Assembly: GCA_964016885.1 (NCBI GenBank)
Contig: OZ024743.1
Coordinates: 207,204,001 to 207,268,000 of the forward strand
Reading direction: 5' to 3'
DNA from: Eledone cirrhosa
Lineage: Eukaryota
DNA: 64,000 nucleotides
The position numbers and the translations under genes are program-made. Under the pieces are notes generated by a model. That model saw only the letters and a list, made by a program, of their open reading frames with translations. It ran no database searches and was not told the origin of the DNA. Below are positions 14,241 through 26,489 of the stretch, piece by piece (the first letter of the stretch is position 1; the number at the start of each line of letters is the position of its first letter).

Positions 14241-14714
14241 AACACCAACTTGATGAGAACTTTAGTTATATTGTTACATCCCCCAAATTATAAATTATTT
14301 AACAAATTAATAGAAAATCCATGGCTGTATATTTCATTAGAAATATGATGAAAGAAGCTCTGGCTCCATGTTATTAATAACACCTTGCAATCAATACTTA
14401 GTTTTATTTCTATACACGTATTCTATATCATATACATATTTTAGTTGATATGTATTACAAATATAATAACTTAACTTACTTATATACACACCCATCTATA
14501 GAACCAGACAACTGTACACTGTGTTCTGATGCTCTACAGTACACACTTCACCCTACCCTATAATGCACTTCACCCTTCCCTATGATAGACGGCCTACACT
14601 ATCAATCAAACATATTTATGATGAAAAACATTCTAGTAGACACCATCCTGTCTTTTTAGATCGATCTCTCTCTCTCTGTCTCTCTTTATCTATCTATCTA
14701 TCTATAAATAAATA

Positions 14715-15110
14715 AAGTGTCGAATTGGCAGAGTTGTTAAAATGTCAGATAGATTGCTTTGCAATATTCGTTTCAGCTCTCTGAACTCTGAGTTCAAATC
14801 CTGTGATGGTTGACTTTGCCTTTCATCCGTTCAAAGTCAAAAATAAAGTACCTGTATAGTACTGGTGTTGGTTCCTCTTTCATCTATCTTTCTCACTTCC
14901 ATTCTCTCACTCTCTATCCTTCGCTGGAAGAAATATGCTTTATTCAGACCTGGAGAGCAGATGGGGCTCTGCCGAGTTTAAAAATGCCCTAGAAACGCTG
15001 GAGTAGCACTGTTTCATTTGTATGAAATCACCAGGAATGCCTAATGAATACGAATGAAACAGTGGTAGTCTTGAGCAAGAGCTCAGCCACCAGGTCCTGA
15101 CTCTTTATAA
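14715..15110 (+). mobile_element. Degenerate SINE with extended 3' region (GGCTCTG...TTTAAAAATGCCC); relatives at 29355-29680 and 32020-32210
   Basis: B-box GAGTTCAAATCC, GCCTTTCATCC body, and a shared downstream block CTGGAGAG...GGGCTCTG...TTTAAAAATG. Confidence 0.6.
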
Positions 15111-15489
15111 TATATATATTAAAAGTCATCCCACTTTCATTAACAGACACAAAACACAGAACAAAAGATTTAAAAAAAACATTCCATCTCCAAAATGTCT
15201 TCCTCCCCTATTGAAGTTAATCTCAACTGTTGATGTATTTACTTTAGTGGTGGTTGTTTGGAGGGTTTTTCTGTTTTTGTTATCATTTCACTTGTCCAGC
15301 CTCAAAGAATGGAATGTATACATTTAGAGTGTTTCCATGACAACCAGTTTATTTGAGATTGTTGGAATTTGGTTGATATCTTATATCAATGAAACGACAA
15401 GCAGCCGGGTTTATGGTTTGTTGTCTGTCCGACTAGGGTTTCTCTCACCTACACCCAACCACACCCCATTTATCTTACTATCTAACTAT

Positions 15490-16030
15490 CCTCCCTCCTT
15501 CTGTCTCTTTCACTCCCTCTGTCTCTTTCTCTCTTTCCCTCCCTCTGTCTCTTTCTCTCTTTCCCTCCCTCTGTCTCTTTCTCTCTATCCCCCTCTCTCT
15601 CTCTCTCTCCTCTGTCTCTTTCTCTTTTTCATTCTCTCTCTTCCTCCTACTGTGTAATACATGCACACATGTATATAAAAGCAGGATCAGATTCATACAC
15701 ACATACATAGCATAGCGTACACACATACATAGCATAGTGTACACACATACATAGCATAGTGTACACACATACATAGAATAGTGTACACACATACATGGCA
15801 CAGCATACACACATGCATAGCATATCACATATGCATACTTGGCAGCGCATACGCACATTCATGGCATAACATGCAAACATGCATGGCATAGCATTCACAC
15901 ATGCATGACATAGCACACATGCATACTTAGCATAGCATGCACACATGCATGTCATGGCATACACACATGCATGACACAGTATAGCATGTCATAAATAGCA
16001 TGACATACATATAAACATACATACAAACAT
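15490..16030. repeat. (TC)-rich tract followed by a degenerate ~22-bp ACACACATACATAGCATAGTGT minisatellite
   Basis: Direct reading. Confidence 0.8.
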
Positions 16031-16973
16031 AAATATGAAGTTTGAAATGTGTGTGTCCCACTGCAAATAACCAAAATATTCAATCACCATACATAATAGT
16101 TGAATAAACCGAATATAGTGATTGACTATAATTATAGACACTTATATTGGGACACTAACATTTCCAATTTCAAATGTTCCCACTGCTTTTTAACCCTTTA
16201 GTTACCAACCTAGCCAAAACTGGCTCTAGTTCTATGATATAAAACCACCCATTTTAAAGGTTTCCAATTTAAATTAAAATCTTCCAACATAATTTTATAT
16301 AAGAACCTTACATTAAGTTACTATCTTAGTAATGAAATAATTAATAATTTTAATAGATCCCTCTAAATTCTTCATCAATTAATTAAAATAGTGTCTAGTT
16401 CATTAGAAATGTGGTCACAAAAGGGTTAAGTCAATCACATATCTCTTAATGTCCTGTTTCACGTGGAATCACATTAGCACAAAAAATGGATTATGAATGT
16501 GTCCCATTAAAAATTAAAGTCTTTATACTATTTCTGTAAATTTTCACAATGATCTGTCCACTTGTAAATACACTATAAATATTTGAATTAACAAACGTGT
16601 TTTGAAATATTTTCTGCTAAATTATTACAGGATGTTATGAAGTTTGCTTGAAACATTGTGAAAAGTGTAGAAAATAGTATTTTATTAGAAGGCTACCTCA
16701 ATACATATTGGACATTATTAACATGATTAGCTGCCACCGAGTCACAGGTTTTACGTCAGAGTTTTCCTCTTCCTAGAATGATGTCCTAACAAGGACCAGA
16801 GGTCTCTCACTCCCATCGGGTTAACCACACACTTGGCAAGCAAGTAATTTCCATGTCCCTGTGCATGTATACATACATATATATGTATGTAAAAGGTAAA
16901 CAGAAATAACAAAACAAATGGCACATTACATGGAAGAAATATACTAGTTTAATGCTTGAAATAGCAGGAAGAG

Positions 16974-17009
16974 TCTTAACATTTCGGACACTAGTCCTTT
17001 ATCAGAAGA
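16974..17009 (-). ncRNA. Decayed hammerhead motif (C3-A8 mismatch), paralogous to 31733-31768
   Basis: UCUU-CUGAUAA-A-GGAC UAGU GUCC-GAA-AUGU-U^AAGA. Flank 16885-17010 is similar to 31640-31768. Confidence 0.6.
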
Positions 17010-17095
17010 TAGTTAGAAATAGAAGATATGAGGAAAAGAAATTGGGCGAGAAAAAAACACACATGCGTTCAGTTGGCCATCTTGATATATATATA

Positions 17096-17457
17096 TCATC
17101 ATCATTTTACGTCTGCTTTTTCCTGCTTGCAAGGGTGGGATGGGAACTGATTCTGGCTTAATTTCTACAGCTGGATGCCCTTCCTAACACCAACCTCATT
17201 TACAGTGAGTGGTGGGTGCTTTTTTGCAGTGGCACCTACACGTCCACTTTACAGTGTGGGCTGAGTGCTTTTTTGCCGTGGCACCTCCACGACCACTTTG
17301 CAGTGGAATGATAGGGATCCCAGTCCCTATCATCTCATTTCTACAGCTGAGTAAACTGGAACAATGTGAAATAAAGTGTCTTGTTCAAAGAAACGACACA
17401 TCACCTGGTCTGAGAATTGAACTCACAACCTTTCAATTGCAAGGCCAATGCTCTAAG

Positions 17458-17458
<1 letters not shown>
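17096..17458 (-). mobile_element. tRNA-derived SINE, family B (CORE-like body, RTE-type 3' tail), 5' clipped
   Basis: Near-identical to 19169-19518 and 50222-50563. Ends in (TGA)n. Confidence 0.85.
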
Positions 17459-17548
<90 letters not shown>

Positions 17549-17811
17549 CACACACATACAAGTGTACACATAACATAAAATATGTACACACTATTGAATG
17601 GCTGTTGACTCTCCTGAGTTTCTTCACCCTCTGACCGAATTTGTTTTTCATCCTGTAGAGTGTCCAAAATAGCTTGATGAGGTTGCTGGTTGCTGTCAAT
17701 GACCTGACCATATGACAGGTTGTACTGGACTACATGTTACCAGTAGCACTTATGGGCAGCCTGACATACATATAAACTCATTTGTACACAAACACACACA
17801 GCTGTATAATA

Positions 17812-17965
17812 TACATGGCATTAGGAAGGGCATCCATCTGTAGAAACCTAACCAGAAACAGTTCTATATGAGTAAGACACAGTCACTTGACCCAACTTAC
17901 CTCAAATGGGATAACCCATCTAATCCATGCTAGCGTGGAAAATGGACGTTAAATGATGATGATGT
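17812..17965 (+). mobile_element. SINE/LINE 3' fragment with RTE-type tail
   Basis: TTAGGAAGGGCATCC...ATCCATGCTAGCGTGGAAAATGGACGTTAAATGATGATG. Confidence 0.65.
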
Positions 17966-18445
17966 ATATAAAGGAGATAATTTAGTATGACCAAAGTCTC
18001 ATGTTTGGAATCAGTAACAGAATAAAAGGATACATACACATATACACATATACACATACACACATATAGACATACAAACATATACACACATCCCAAGAGA
18101 CACTTATACGTATACAAGTGTATATATATCTTTAAAATTGGGGCACTAGAATTTTAGTTAACTCCTAGTATATATGTCAAGCTGTGGATATATATGTATA
18201 TTCCTGGGTGTGGATGAATGTGTATTTGTGGATGTATGTATATTTATGAGTGCATTTATGTATGTATGCATATATAACAGCATATATGTGTGCATATTTG
18301 TTTGTGTATATATGTATGTATAAGTATGTAGGGATGGATAGGTGCATGCATCCATCTATGTATGTGTGCGTGTATATATGTCTGTATGTACATATGTTCA
18401 TTTGTATGTTTGTATGCTAGTAAGTTGTAATGGCTGTGGCACCAA

Positions 18446-18479
<34 letters not shown>

Positions 18480-18810
18480 AAAGAATTAGTATATCTGGTA
18501 ACATATGTTGCTAGATATACTAATTCTTTATAATTATCTCCAAATTATTTTGTCAAGCAAAAATTGGCCAAAACTGCTACTATAGTAACGGTCCGGCTGC
18601 TGTCTTCTTAACAAACCACTCTTCACGGATTGACCTCGATGTCACGTGATTGATTCTTTTGAATTTGCCACCGACGCAGTAGGCAGTGATTTTTTTTTTT
18701 TACAATGGCTTGAAACTTAGTCCACGCTTTGCTTTTTTCCATCCACTGAATTATTTTTGTATAAGTTCCCTGTGTCCACGTATTGCCTGGAAACTTAGCT
18801 GAGAATAGAC

Positions 18811-18889
18811 TTCCCTGATGACGAAAGGCTTTTCCGTACGTTTCTTCGGAAACTATGTTTATTCCCTTTCAGAAACTAATTAGTTGGAG
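18811..18889 (+). ncRNA. Type I hammerhead ribozyme motif with long stem II
   Basis: UUCC-CUGAUGA-C-GAAAGG...CCUUUC-A-GAA-ACUAAUUAGU-U^GGAG. Intact core, 6-bp stem II base, 10-nt palindromic stem III, GUU triplet; (TA)n begins ~56 nt downstream. Confidence 0.75.
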
Positions 18890-18935
18890 TGAAATTTTAG
18901 TAAGTAAGTTAATTTTATAATTTGCTTATTTTACG

Positions 18936-18941
<6 letters not shown>

Positions 18942-18969
<28 letters not shown>

Positions 18970-19135
18970 CTATATATATATCTATATATATATATATATA
19001 TATATATCTATATATATATATCTATATATATATATCTATATATATATATATCTATATCTATATATCTATATATATATATATATATATCTATATATATATC
19101 TATATATATCTATATATATATATCTATATCTATAT
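18942..19135. repeat. (TA)n/(TATC) microsatellite
   Basis: Direct reading. Confidence 0.95.
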
Positions 19136-19168
19136 GAGGCAAATGGATGCACATACATAGACCATATA

Positions 19169-19518
19169 TGGAGGCACATGGCTTAGTGGTTAGAGCATTG
19201 GCCTTGCAATCGAAAGGTTGTGAGTTCAATTCTCAGACCGGGCGATGTGTTGTTTCCTTGAGCAAGATACTTTATTTCACATTGTTCCAGTTTACTCAGC
19301 TGTAGAAATGAGATGATAGGGACTGGGGTCCCTATCATTCCACTGCAAAGTGGTCGTGAAGGTGCCACGGCAAAAACCACCCACCACTCACTGTAAATGA
19401 GGTTGGTGTTAGGAAGGGCATCCAGCTGTAGAAATCAAGCCAGAATCAGTTCCCGTCCCACCCTTGCAAGCAGGGAAAAGTGGACGTAAAATGATGATGA
19501 TGATGATGATAATGATGA
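19169..19518 (+). mobile_element. Full-length tRNA-derived SINE, family B
   Basis: A box TGGCTTAGTGG, B box GAGTTCAATTC, CORE-like TCCTTGAGCAAGATACTT, RTE-like 3' end GGACGTAAAA(TGA)n. Confidence 0.9.
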
Positions 19519-19547
19519 TATATCTCTATATATATATATATATATAT

Positions 19548-19870
19548 ATGAAGGTCATCTGCTCCATACAAAGCTTGACTGCTTCTTGCACTTTATATCT
19601 GTTCCTTCCAGGCATGAGATTTCAAATAGCTTTTGAGTCCTGAATGCCTGTGAAACACCCGTCCACAAATAATACAATGATATCTCATTTCGTTCTTGTT
19701 TCCACTTTGGGTTTGCTTATTGTATATGTTCAGATGTCGCTACAATCCACCTCCTGATTTGAAGATTTTCTGACAAACATGGCACTGGTACTGATTCTCT
19801 ACAACGAAGTTTGAACAGTCAATTTGAACTTTATCCTCCTATGCTCATTGGTGAGATTTCAAGCCTTCAT
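19548..19870 (-). pseudogene. Decayed C2H2 zinc-finger coding fragment, probably the C-terminus/3' end of a second (BovB-like) RTE family
   Basis: Manual translation: GLKSHQ*A*...YQCHVCQKIFKSGGGL*RHLNIY...YHCIICGRVFHRHSGLKSYLKSH...*, followed by a short UTR running into (TA)n. Confidence 0.65.
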
Positions 19871-20408
19871 GCGTGCATGTGAGTGCAGGTATAGATGTTA
19901 ATGTATGTTTTGAGTTGTATGCTTGCATGTGCATATATTTTGAATCTCTACATGTGTACATGCAGTTATTAGATGCAGAATGTTTCGAATGTTTTACATA
20001 TTTTTACAACTCCATTAATGGATTGTACTTGTAATTTCTTAACTAGTCGTGTTCCTTCTGTTTCTGTGAAGCCCAGCTTCTCAAGATTTATACTGAGGCA
20101 GTTACTAACATATCCCAGTGCCCCACTTCATTATTTTTGGTATCATATTTTCCTCACTGTGTGTGTATGTATATATACATATGTGTGCGTATTCGTATGT
20201 ATATATATACACACATGTACAGACAGGCAAATGGATGCACATACATAGACCATATTACTTGTTTATTATCTTTTCCTTCTATATTTGAGGGTAAGCCAAA
20301 TAACAAAAGCCCCATCAACATTGTTTTCATTCTGCTAATATTTCAAATAAGTCACATATAAATATTTTCTCTTTCTTTCAAGTATTGAATTACCTTTGAT
20401 GTTCTCAA

Positions 20409-20422
20409 TGTATATATATATA

Positions 20423-20465
<43 letters not shown>

Positions 20466-20544
20466 TTAGATGTGTGTGTGCGTATATATATATATGTGTG
20501 TGTGTATATATGTATATATATATATGTGTGTGTGTATATATATA

Positions 20545-20575
<31 letters not shown>

Positions 20576-20756
20576 GTGTGTGTTTAGATGTGTGTGTGCG
20601 TATATATATATATATGTGTGTGTGTATATATATATATATATGTGTGTGCGTATATATATATATATGTGTGTGCGTATATATATATATGTGTGTGCGTATA
20701 TATATATGTGTGTGTGCGTATATATATATATATGTGTGTGTGTATATATATATATA

Positions 20757-20787
<31 letters not shown>

Positions 20788-21047
20788 GTGTGTGTATATA
20801 TATATATATATGTGTGTGTATATATATATATGTGTGTGTATATATATATATATATGTGTGTATATATATATATATATGTGTGTATATATATATATATATG
20901 TGTGTATATATATATATGTGTGTATATATATATATGTGTGTATATATATATATATATATGTGTGTGTATATATATATATATATATGTGTATATATATATA
21001 TATGTGTGTGTATATATATATATATATATGTGTGTATATATATATAT
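20409..21047. repeat. Compound (TA)n(TG)n microsatellite array
   Basis: Direct reading. It is the source of many spurious ORFs. Confidence 0.95.
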
Positions 21048-21203
21048 CATCATCATCATCATCATCAGGTTTAGCGTCCGTGTTCCACGCTTGCATGGGT
21101 TTGGACGGGGGTTTTCCCACTTGAAACAAGAGTGGTTGTCTTGTTCGCATAGGACTGTCTGGCGGGTTTTCTACAGTTGGATGCTCTTCCTAACACCAAC
21201 CAC
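21047..21203 (-). mobile_element. RTE LINE 3' UTR fragment
   Basis: Matches 33094-33240; (TGA)n tail. Confidence 0.9.
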
Positions 21204-21240
21204 AAATCTCAGCAAACAGGAGTAGACGGGCGGGGTAGTT

Positions 21241-21284
21241 GGCCTTGATAAGCTTCAACAAAAGCGAAACATGTCATGTCGGCT
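21241..21284 (+). ncRNA. Minimal type I hammerhead motif, U3-A8 core variant (copy 1)
   Basis: GGCC-UUGAUAA-GCUU caacaa AAGC-GAA-ACAUG u CAUGU-C^GGCU; GUC triplet. Confidence 0.7.
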
Positions 21285-21557
21285 TATCTCCTCCTGTTTG
21301 CTGAGATCGAAGTGAGTGAATTTGTCACTACTTTAAAACAATAGCTTACGGTCTTCAAAATGCTTTTAATTAAGCATAAAGTGTATTGCAAAATACATTA
21401 TATATACATCCATATATATATTGCTATTTCAGAGCTACAATTCTAATTTTTAATTTCTGCCTGACCAACAACCCCTCTGCATAATCAGCTCCTGATTATT
21501 TACTAGATTTCTATAAGAATATAACATCATTGATCTCAGTAGACGGGCGGGGTAGTT

Positions 21558-21601
21558 GGCCTTGATAAGCTTCAACAAAAGCGAAACATGTCATGTCGGC
21601 T
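21558..21601 (+). ncRNA. Minimal type I hammerhead motif, U3-A8 core variant (copy 2)
   Basis: Identical to copy 1, 317 bp downstream. Confidence 0.7.
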
Positions 21602-21805
21602 TATCTCCTCCTGTTTGCTGAGATCGAAGTGAGTGAATTTGTCACTACTTTAAAACAATAGCTTACGGTCTTCAAAATGCTTTTAATTAAGCATAAAGTG
21701 TATTGCAAAATACATTATATATACATCCATATATATATTGCTATTTCAGAGCTACAATTCTAATTTTTAATATATATATATATATAAGTGTGTGTATATA
21801 TATAT

Positions 21806-21842
<37 letters not shown>

Positions 21843-21845
<3 letters not shown>

Positions 21846-22120
21846 TCAGTGTATACTGATTAATGTTCAGAGCCATCCTCAGCATTCTCGTGTAGCACCC
21901 ATCCACCATCTGAGTGAGTTTCTTGGTCAGTGTCCAAGTCTCAGACCCATACAGCAGCACAGACTCCACTACAGCAATGAAGAGGCGGATTTTCAGGTCT
22001 CTACGAAGGTCGGACTTCCACACAAATCTCAAGCTGTGGCACGCCGCCCAGGCCTTGCTCTTCCTCTCAACCACATCAACTTCCGTATTCCCAATCCTTG
22101 CTCCCAAATACATATATGTA
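21843..22120 (-). pseudogene. Internal fragment of an RTE-X/RTE-like LINE ORF (post-RT region)
   Basis: YLGARIG...KAWAACHSLRFVWKSDLRRDLKIRLFIAVVESVLLYGSETWTL...YTRMLRMALNI; flanked by microsatellites. Confidence 0.8.
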
Positions 22121-22124
22121 TTTA

Positions 22125-22163
22125 TTGTGTGTGTGTGTACATATATATATATATGTGTGTGTG

Positions 22164-22220
<57 letters not shown>

Positions 22221-22436
22221 ACATATATGTGTGTGTGTGTGTGTGGTGTGTACATATATGTGTGTGTGTGGTGTGTACATATATGTGTGTGTGTGTGTGT
22301 ACATATATGTGTGTGTGTGTGTGTGTACACATATATATGTGTGTGTGTATATATATGTGTGTGTGTGTACATATATATATATATGTATGTGTATATGTGC
22401 ATGTGTATATATATGTGTGTATATATATATATATAT
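22125..22436. repeat. (TG)n/(TA)n compound microsatellite
   Basis: Direct reading. Confidence 0.95.
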
Positions 22437-22496
22437 CAAAACATTTGAAGATTAAGGCTTTTTGTACCAATCACATTTATACAGGGATAATAATAA

Positions 22497-22685
22497 TAAT
22501 TGTTTCTACTTTAGGCACAAGGCCAGCAATTATCCAGTTCATTACAGGTACTTTATTTTATCAACCCTACAAGGATGAAAGGCAAAGCTAACCTCGACGG
22601 GATTTGAACTCAGACCGTAAAGGGACATAACTATGCTGGAAAGCATGGCGTCCGACCCTCTACTGATACTCCCAATTCACCGCTG
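22497..22685 (-). mobile_element. tRNA-derived SINE, family A
   Basis: Reverse complement of the family A consensus with (ATT)n tail. Confidence 0.9.
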
Positions 22686-23254
22686 AATTTGCATCTAATG
22701 TTTTTTCATATAAATGAAATATTTGCAGTACACAACGAAAAAGAAATGAATTCATACAAAAACAAAAGTAAATTATAGATTTTTAAAAAGAAATAACCAG
22801 GATTATTGAAATAGTTTTTATACTCACCAGTTTCACTTTGAGTAGCTTTTCAAACTTTGTTTATGATTTCTCTCTCTTTCTCTCTTTGTGTCTCTCCCCA
22901 TAATGATCCATGTCATGTTGAAATTATATCCTTGTGTTATTTTGTCAAGTATACACATACATATACATACATATATACATGCATGTATCTTTTCTCCTTC
23001 TCTAGTTCCTTTTGTTCCCTATAAAAGATTGGGTGACTTTCATTATTTCTGTAACAATTTTGATAAATGGGTAATGGGGATAAAGTTGTTCCATCCCTTC
23101 TCAATTCAGGCTGCTTAAGTACTTACTTGGTCTGGGACAACCCATTCAACCCTTGCTAGCAGGGAAAATGGATGTTTAATGATGATGCAGAATAACATAA
23201 TTGTAAGACCATTTTCCCCTGCTAATGTATGAATTAGCTTTGTGGGTTCCATAA

Positions 23255-23540
23255 CAAGATTTTCCATTTTGTCCTATTGTCTGCATCACCCCTCACAAAA
23301 TTTTGCCTTTCATTTCTTGCCCTACCATATTTAGCCATATCTTTCTTGGTTTTCTTCTACTTCTTTCTACACCTATTCTCATCACTCCTTTCATCCCTAT
23401 ACTTTCATCCTTCCTCAACACACAACCCTGTCATCTCATTCCCTCTTGACAACATTCATCATAGGTTTGATGTAATATATTGTAGGATTAGCAGAGAGTG
23501 GCCTACATTATACCTTTATAGGATAGTAACTTGACATAAT
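23255..23540. repeat. 286-bp segment identical to 43139-43424 (old LINE-like remnant plus flank)
   Basis: Identical ORF-track peptides at 23277 and 43161; offset 19884 bp. Confidence 0.9.
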
Positions 23541-24283
23541 GTATGCCTGGTAGAGTACTCAACATAATACACTGGAGGTTTGGTAGAGGGGCCTACATGA
23601 TACCTTTATAGGACTGTAACTGAATTTGCTGGGCTACAAGATGATAGATGAAATTCAGATGGAAATTGCAGGTGTATATTTGATGGCTTTTTAGGGCAGT
23701 GTAGTGGCAGTTAGAAGAGCATAGCAGCATTTGTTCTCTCTTTACATTCTGTATTCAAATTACACCAAAGTCATTTTTACCTTTCATCCTTCCATAGTCA
23801 ATAAAATAAAATACCAGTCACATACTAATTGTGCAAAGATTAACGAATATTTGATGGCTTTCAGAAATAAGACTTCTGCTGTGCTTTTGAGATGTGGTTT
23901 ACACATTGTGACCACTGTGTACCTTCCTAAGGAGATTATTTTGAATAGGATACTACCTGAATATAAAATAATACATAAAACATTATTTATTGGAGTACTC
24001 GTGTACCCTACCAAGTGTATTTTATTATGGCACTAGCATGAAGGAGGTTGTCATGTCTTTGACACAACTGAAGAGTTCTTTTGACTCTTTGTTTAGCAAA
24101 CATTTTTTGGCTGGATGCCCTTCCTATCACCAACCACTTTACAGAGTGTACTGAGTGTGTATACATACATATATATATATAAATAGCTAGGGGGTACCCT
24201 CACCACTATCACTCTTTAGCTGTTTCTCTCTAACACAACACCTCTTGTTCTCCAAAAATGAGATTTTGGCTTAGGTTTTACAT

Positions 24284-26183
24284 ATCATCATCATCATCAT
24301 CGTTTAACGTCCGTGTTCCACGCTTGCATGGGTTTGGACGGGAGTTTTCCCACTTGAGGCAAGAATGATTGTCTTGCTCGCATAGGACTGTCTGGCGGGT
24401 TTTCTACAGCTTGATGCCCTTCCTAACACCAACGACATTTACAGTGTGGGACTGGGAGGTTTTTACCGTGTTGCCTACACGGCCACATTACAGCGTGGAC
24501 TGTGTGTTTTTTTGTCGTGACACCTACACGATCTCATTTGTTTCGGCCTGGATGTTGTGGCACCAACATAACTTTACATTGAAAGGGGCGGTGTGGATGG
24601 GGTGGGGGTGGTGGGACGGGGGTGTATTTTGTTAGAGATGCCTACTGACTGTAGTAGGTTTTACTTTGTATTTAGGTAAGGCGGGTCTTCTCTATTACTG
24701 AGTACTGCCAAAGGTCTCGGTCCAGTGACATTGTCTTGGAGAGGTGTAAGTGTGTGAGGTTGGAATTTATCAGCTCGTCCCAGGTTTTTCTGGGTCTGCC
24801 TACTCCGTGGCTACCGTCTATCTTTATTGCCCTGCACTTTGTTATACAGCTGTCGTCTTTCATGCGTATCACGTGACCATACCAACGTAGCCTTCTCTCG
24901 AGTAAACAACATCTGATCCCTCTTATTTCTAATTTTTTCCTTAGTTCGTTTATGCTTTGCCGTTCACGTATATTACTATTACACATCCAGCGGAGCATGC
25001 AAGCTTCGTTCCTCTCTAGTCTGCGTATATCCTCTGCACACAATGCCCAGGTCTCACTGCCATGCAACATTGCTGTTCATATGCAGGCATCATACAACCT
25101 GCCTTTCATTTTTAGGGAGAACCCTTTAGCGGCTAATAGTAGTATAAGCTCTCTGAACTTTTTCCCTCCAGTTCTGACTCTAGCTACTGTACTTTCAGAG
25201 CACCCTCCCCCACTGCTGATTTTGTCACCCAGGTAACGGAAGCTGTCCACTATTTCTATAGAACCATCTGCGCAATTGAAAGAGCTAGTATTTTGTGGGC
25301 ACTTGCTGCTACTTATTGCACCAGAGCACCGGCCACATGTAAAATCTATGTTCTTAGTTAGCTTACCTGTGATCCCACTACATCTTTTATGCACCCATAC
25401 TTTGCATTTGGGACATAAAATGGAGTTTCTACCTACGCCTTTCCTACACACTGAGTGTGGCCATTTCCCAGAAGGGACCGGCGCCTTATTTTCTTTCCTA
25501 CAAACTAGAACTTTAGTCTTAGCCAGGTTAATTTTAAGGCCTTTTGATTCTAGGCCGTGCTTCCATGTTTGGAATTTCTTCTCTAGCTCGGCCATTGATT
25601 CAGCTATGAGCGTTAGATCATCTGCGTATAGGAGTTCCCATGGGCAGCCGGTCTTGAACTCCACTGTTATAGCCTGAAGGGCAATAATAAATAGTAGGGG
25701 GTTAAGAACAGAGTCCTGATGAACACCAACTTTTACACTAAACTCTTCACTATATTCGTTGTTAATTCTAACCTTGCTGACTGTTTCTTTATACATGGCT
25801 TGTATAGCTCTCACAAGCCATTCGTCAACACCTAGTTTTCTAAGAGCCCACCAGATAATGGAACGGGGGACTCTGTCGAAGGCTTTCTCCAAGTCAACAA
25901 AAGCTAAGTATAGGGGTTTACTTTTAGCTAGGTACTTCTCCTGTAGTTGTCGTACAATGAAAAGAGCGTCTGTAGTACTTTTGCCTGACACAAAACCGAA
26001 CTGCATTTCATCTAGATCGATTCTCTCTCTGATTAGTTGCGCTATTACTTTTTCCGTGACCTTCATGACCTGGTCGATTAATTTAATGCCTCTATAGTTA
26101 CTCCTATCTAGGGCATCTCCTTTACCCTTGTAACAGTTAATGATGATGCTGCTACGCCAGTCCTTCGGAACAACCCCATTCTG
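24284..26183 (-). mobile_element. 5'-truncated RTE LINE (RT region with a stop at ~25077, plus 3' UTR)
   Basis: ORFs 25077-26204 and 24672-25070 match the full-length ORF from QNGVVPKD onward; YADD motif; (TGA)n tail. Confidence 0.95.
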
Positions 26184-26452
26184 TATATATATATATAAAT
26201 ACACTCACATCTAATATGGATCATGCTATGTTAGTTCACTGTTAAAATGTTCATTATGAAGGTAAATGTATGTTTAGACTTCTACCTAAAAATAATTCTG
26301 AGATTCATTTTTCAGTTGAGATAAATGTCTGATATATGTAGTTAACGTCTCGTCATACTTCTAATTTATTGTGCCAAATAGGTAGCAGTTGATTTTATAT
26401 GTATATGTGTATATATGTATGTGTATATATATATATATATATATACACATAA

Positions 26453-26489
<37 letters not shown>

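Larger units (their letters stand above)
21206..21771 (+). mobile_element. Partial tandem of 234-bp hammerhead-bearing direct repeats (pLTR/retrozyme-like)
   Basis: 21221-21454 equals 21538-21771 with an 83-bp spacer. A 17-bp inverted segment at 21206-21222 matches 21291-21307. The 3' end runs into (TA)n. Confidence 0.75.

Noticed and set aside
14990-15070. CTAATGA...GAAAC as a hammerhead
   Set aside because: G5 is missing and there is no stem II; better explained as a simple inverted repeat (CACTGTTTCATT/AATGAAACAGTG).
19169-19245. tRNA gene
   Set aside because: A and B boxes are present, but it is the head of a multi-copy SINE and there is no convincing cloverleaf.
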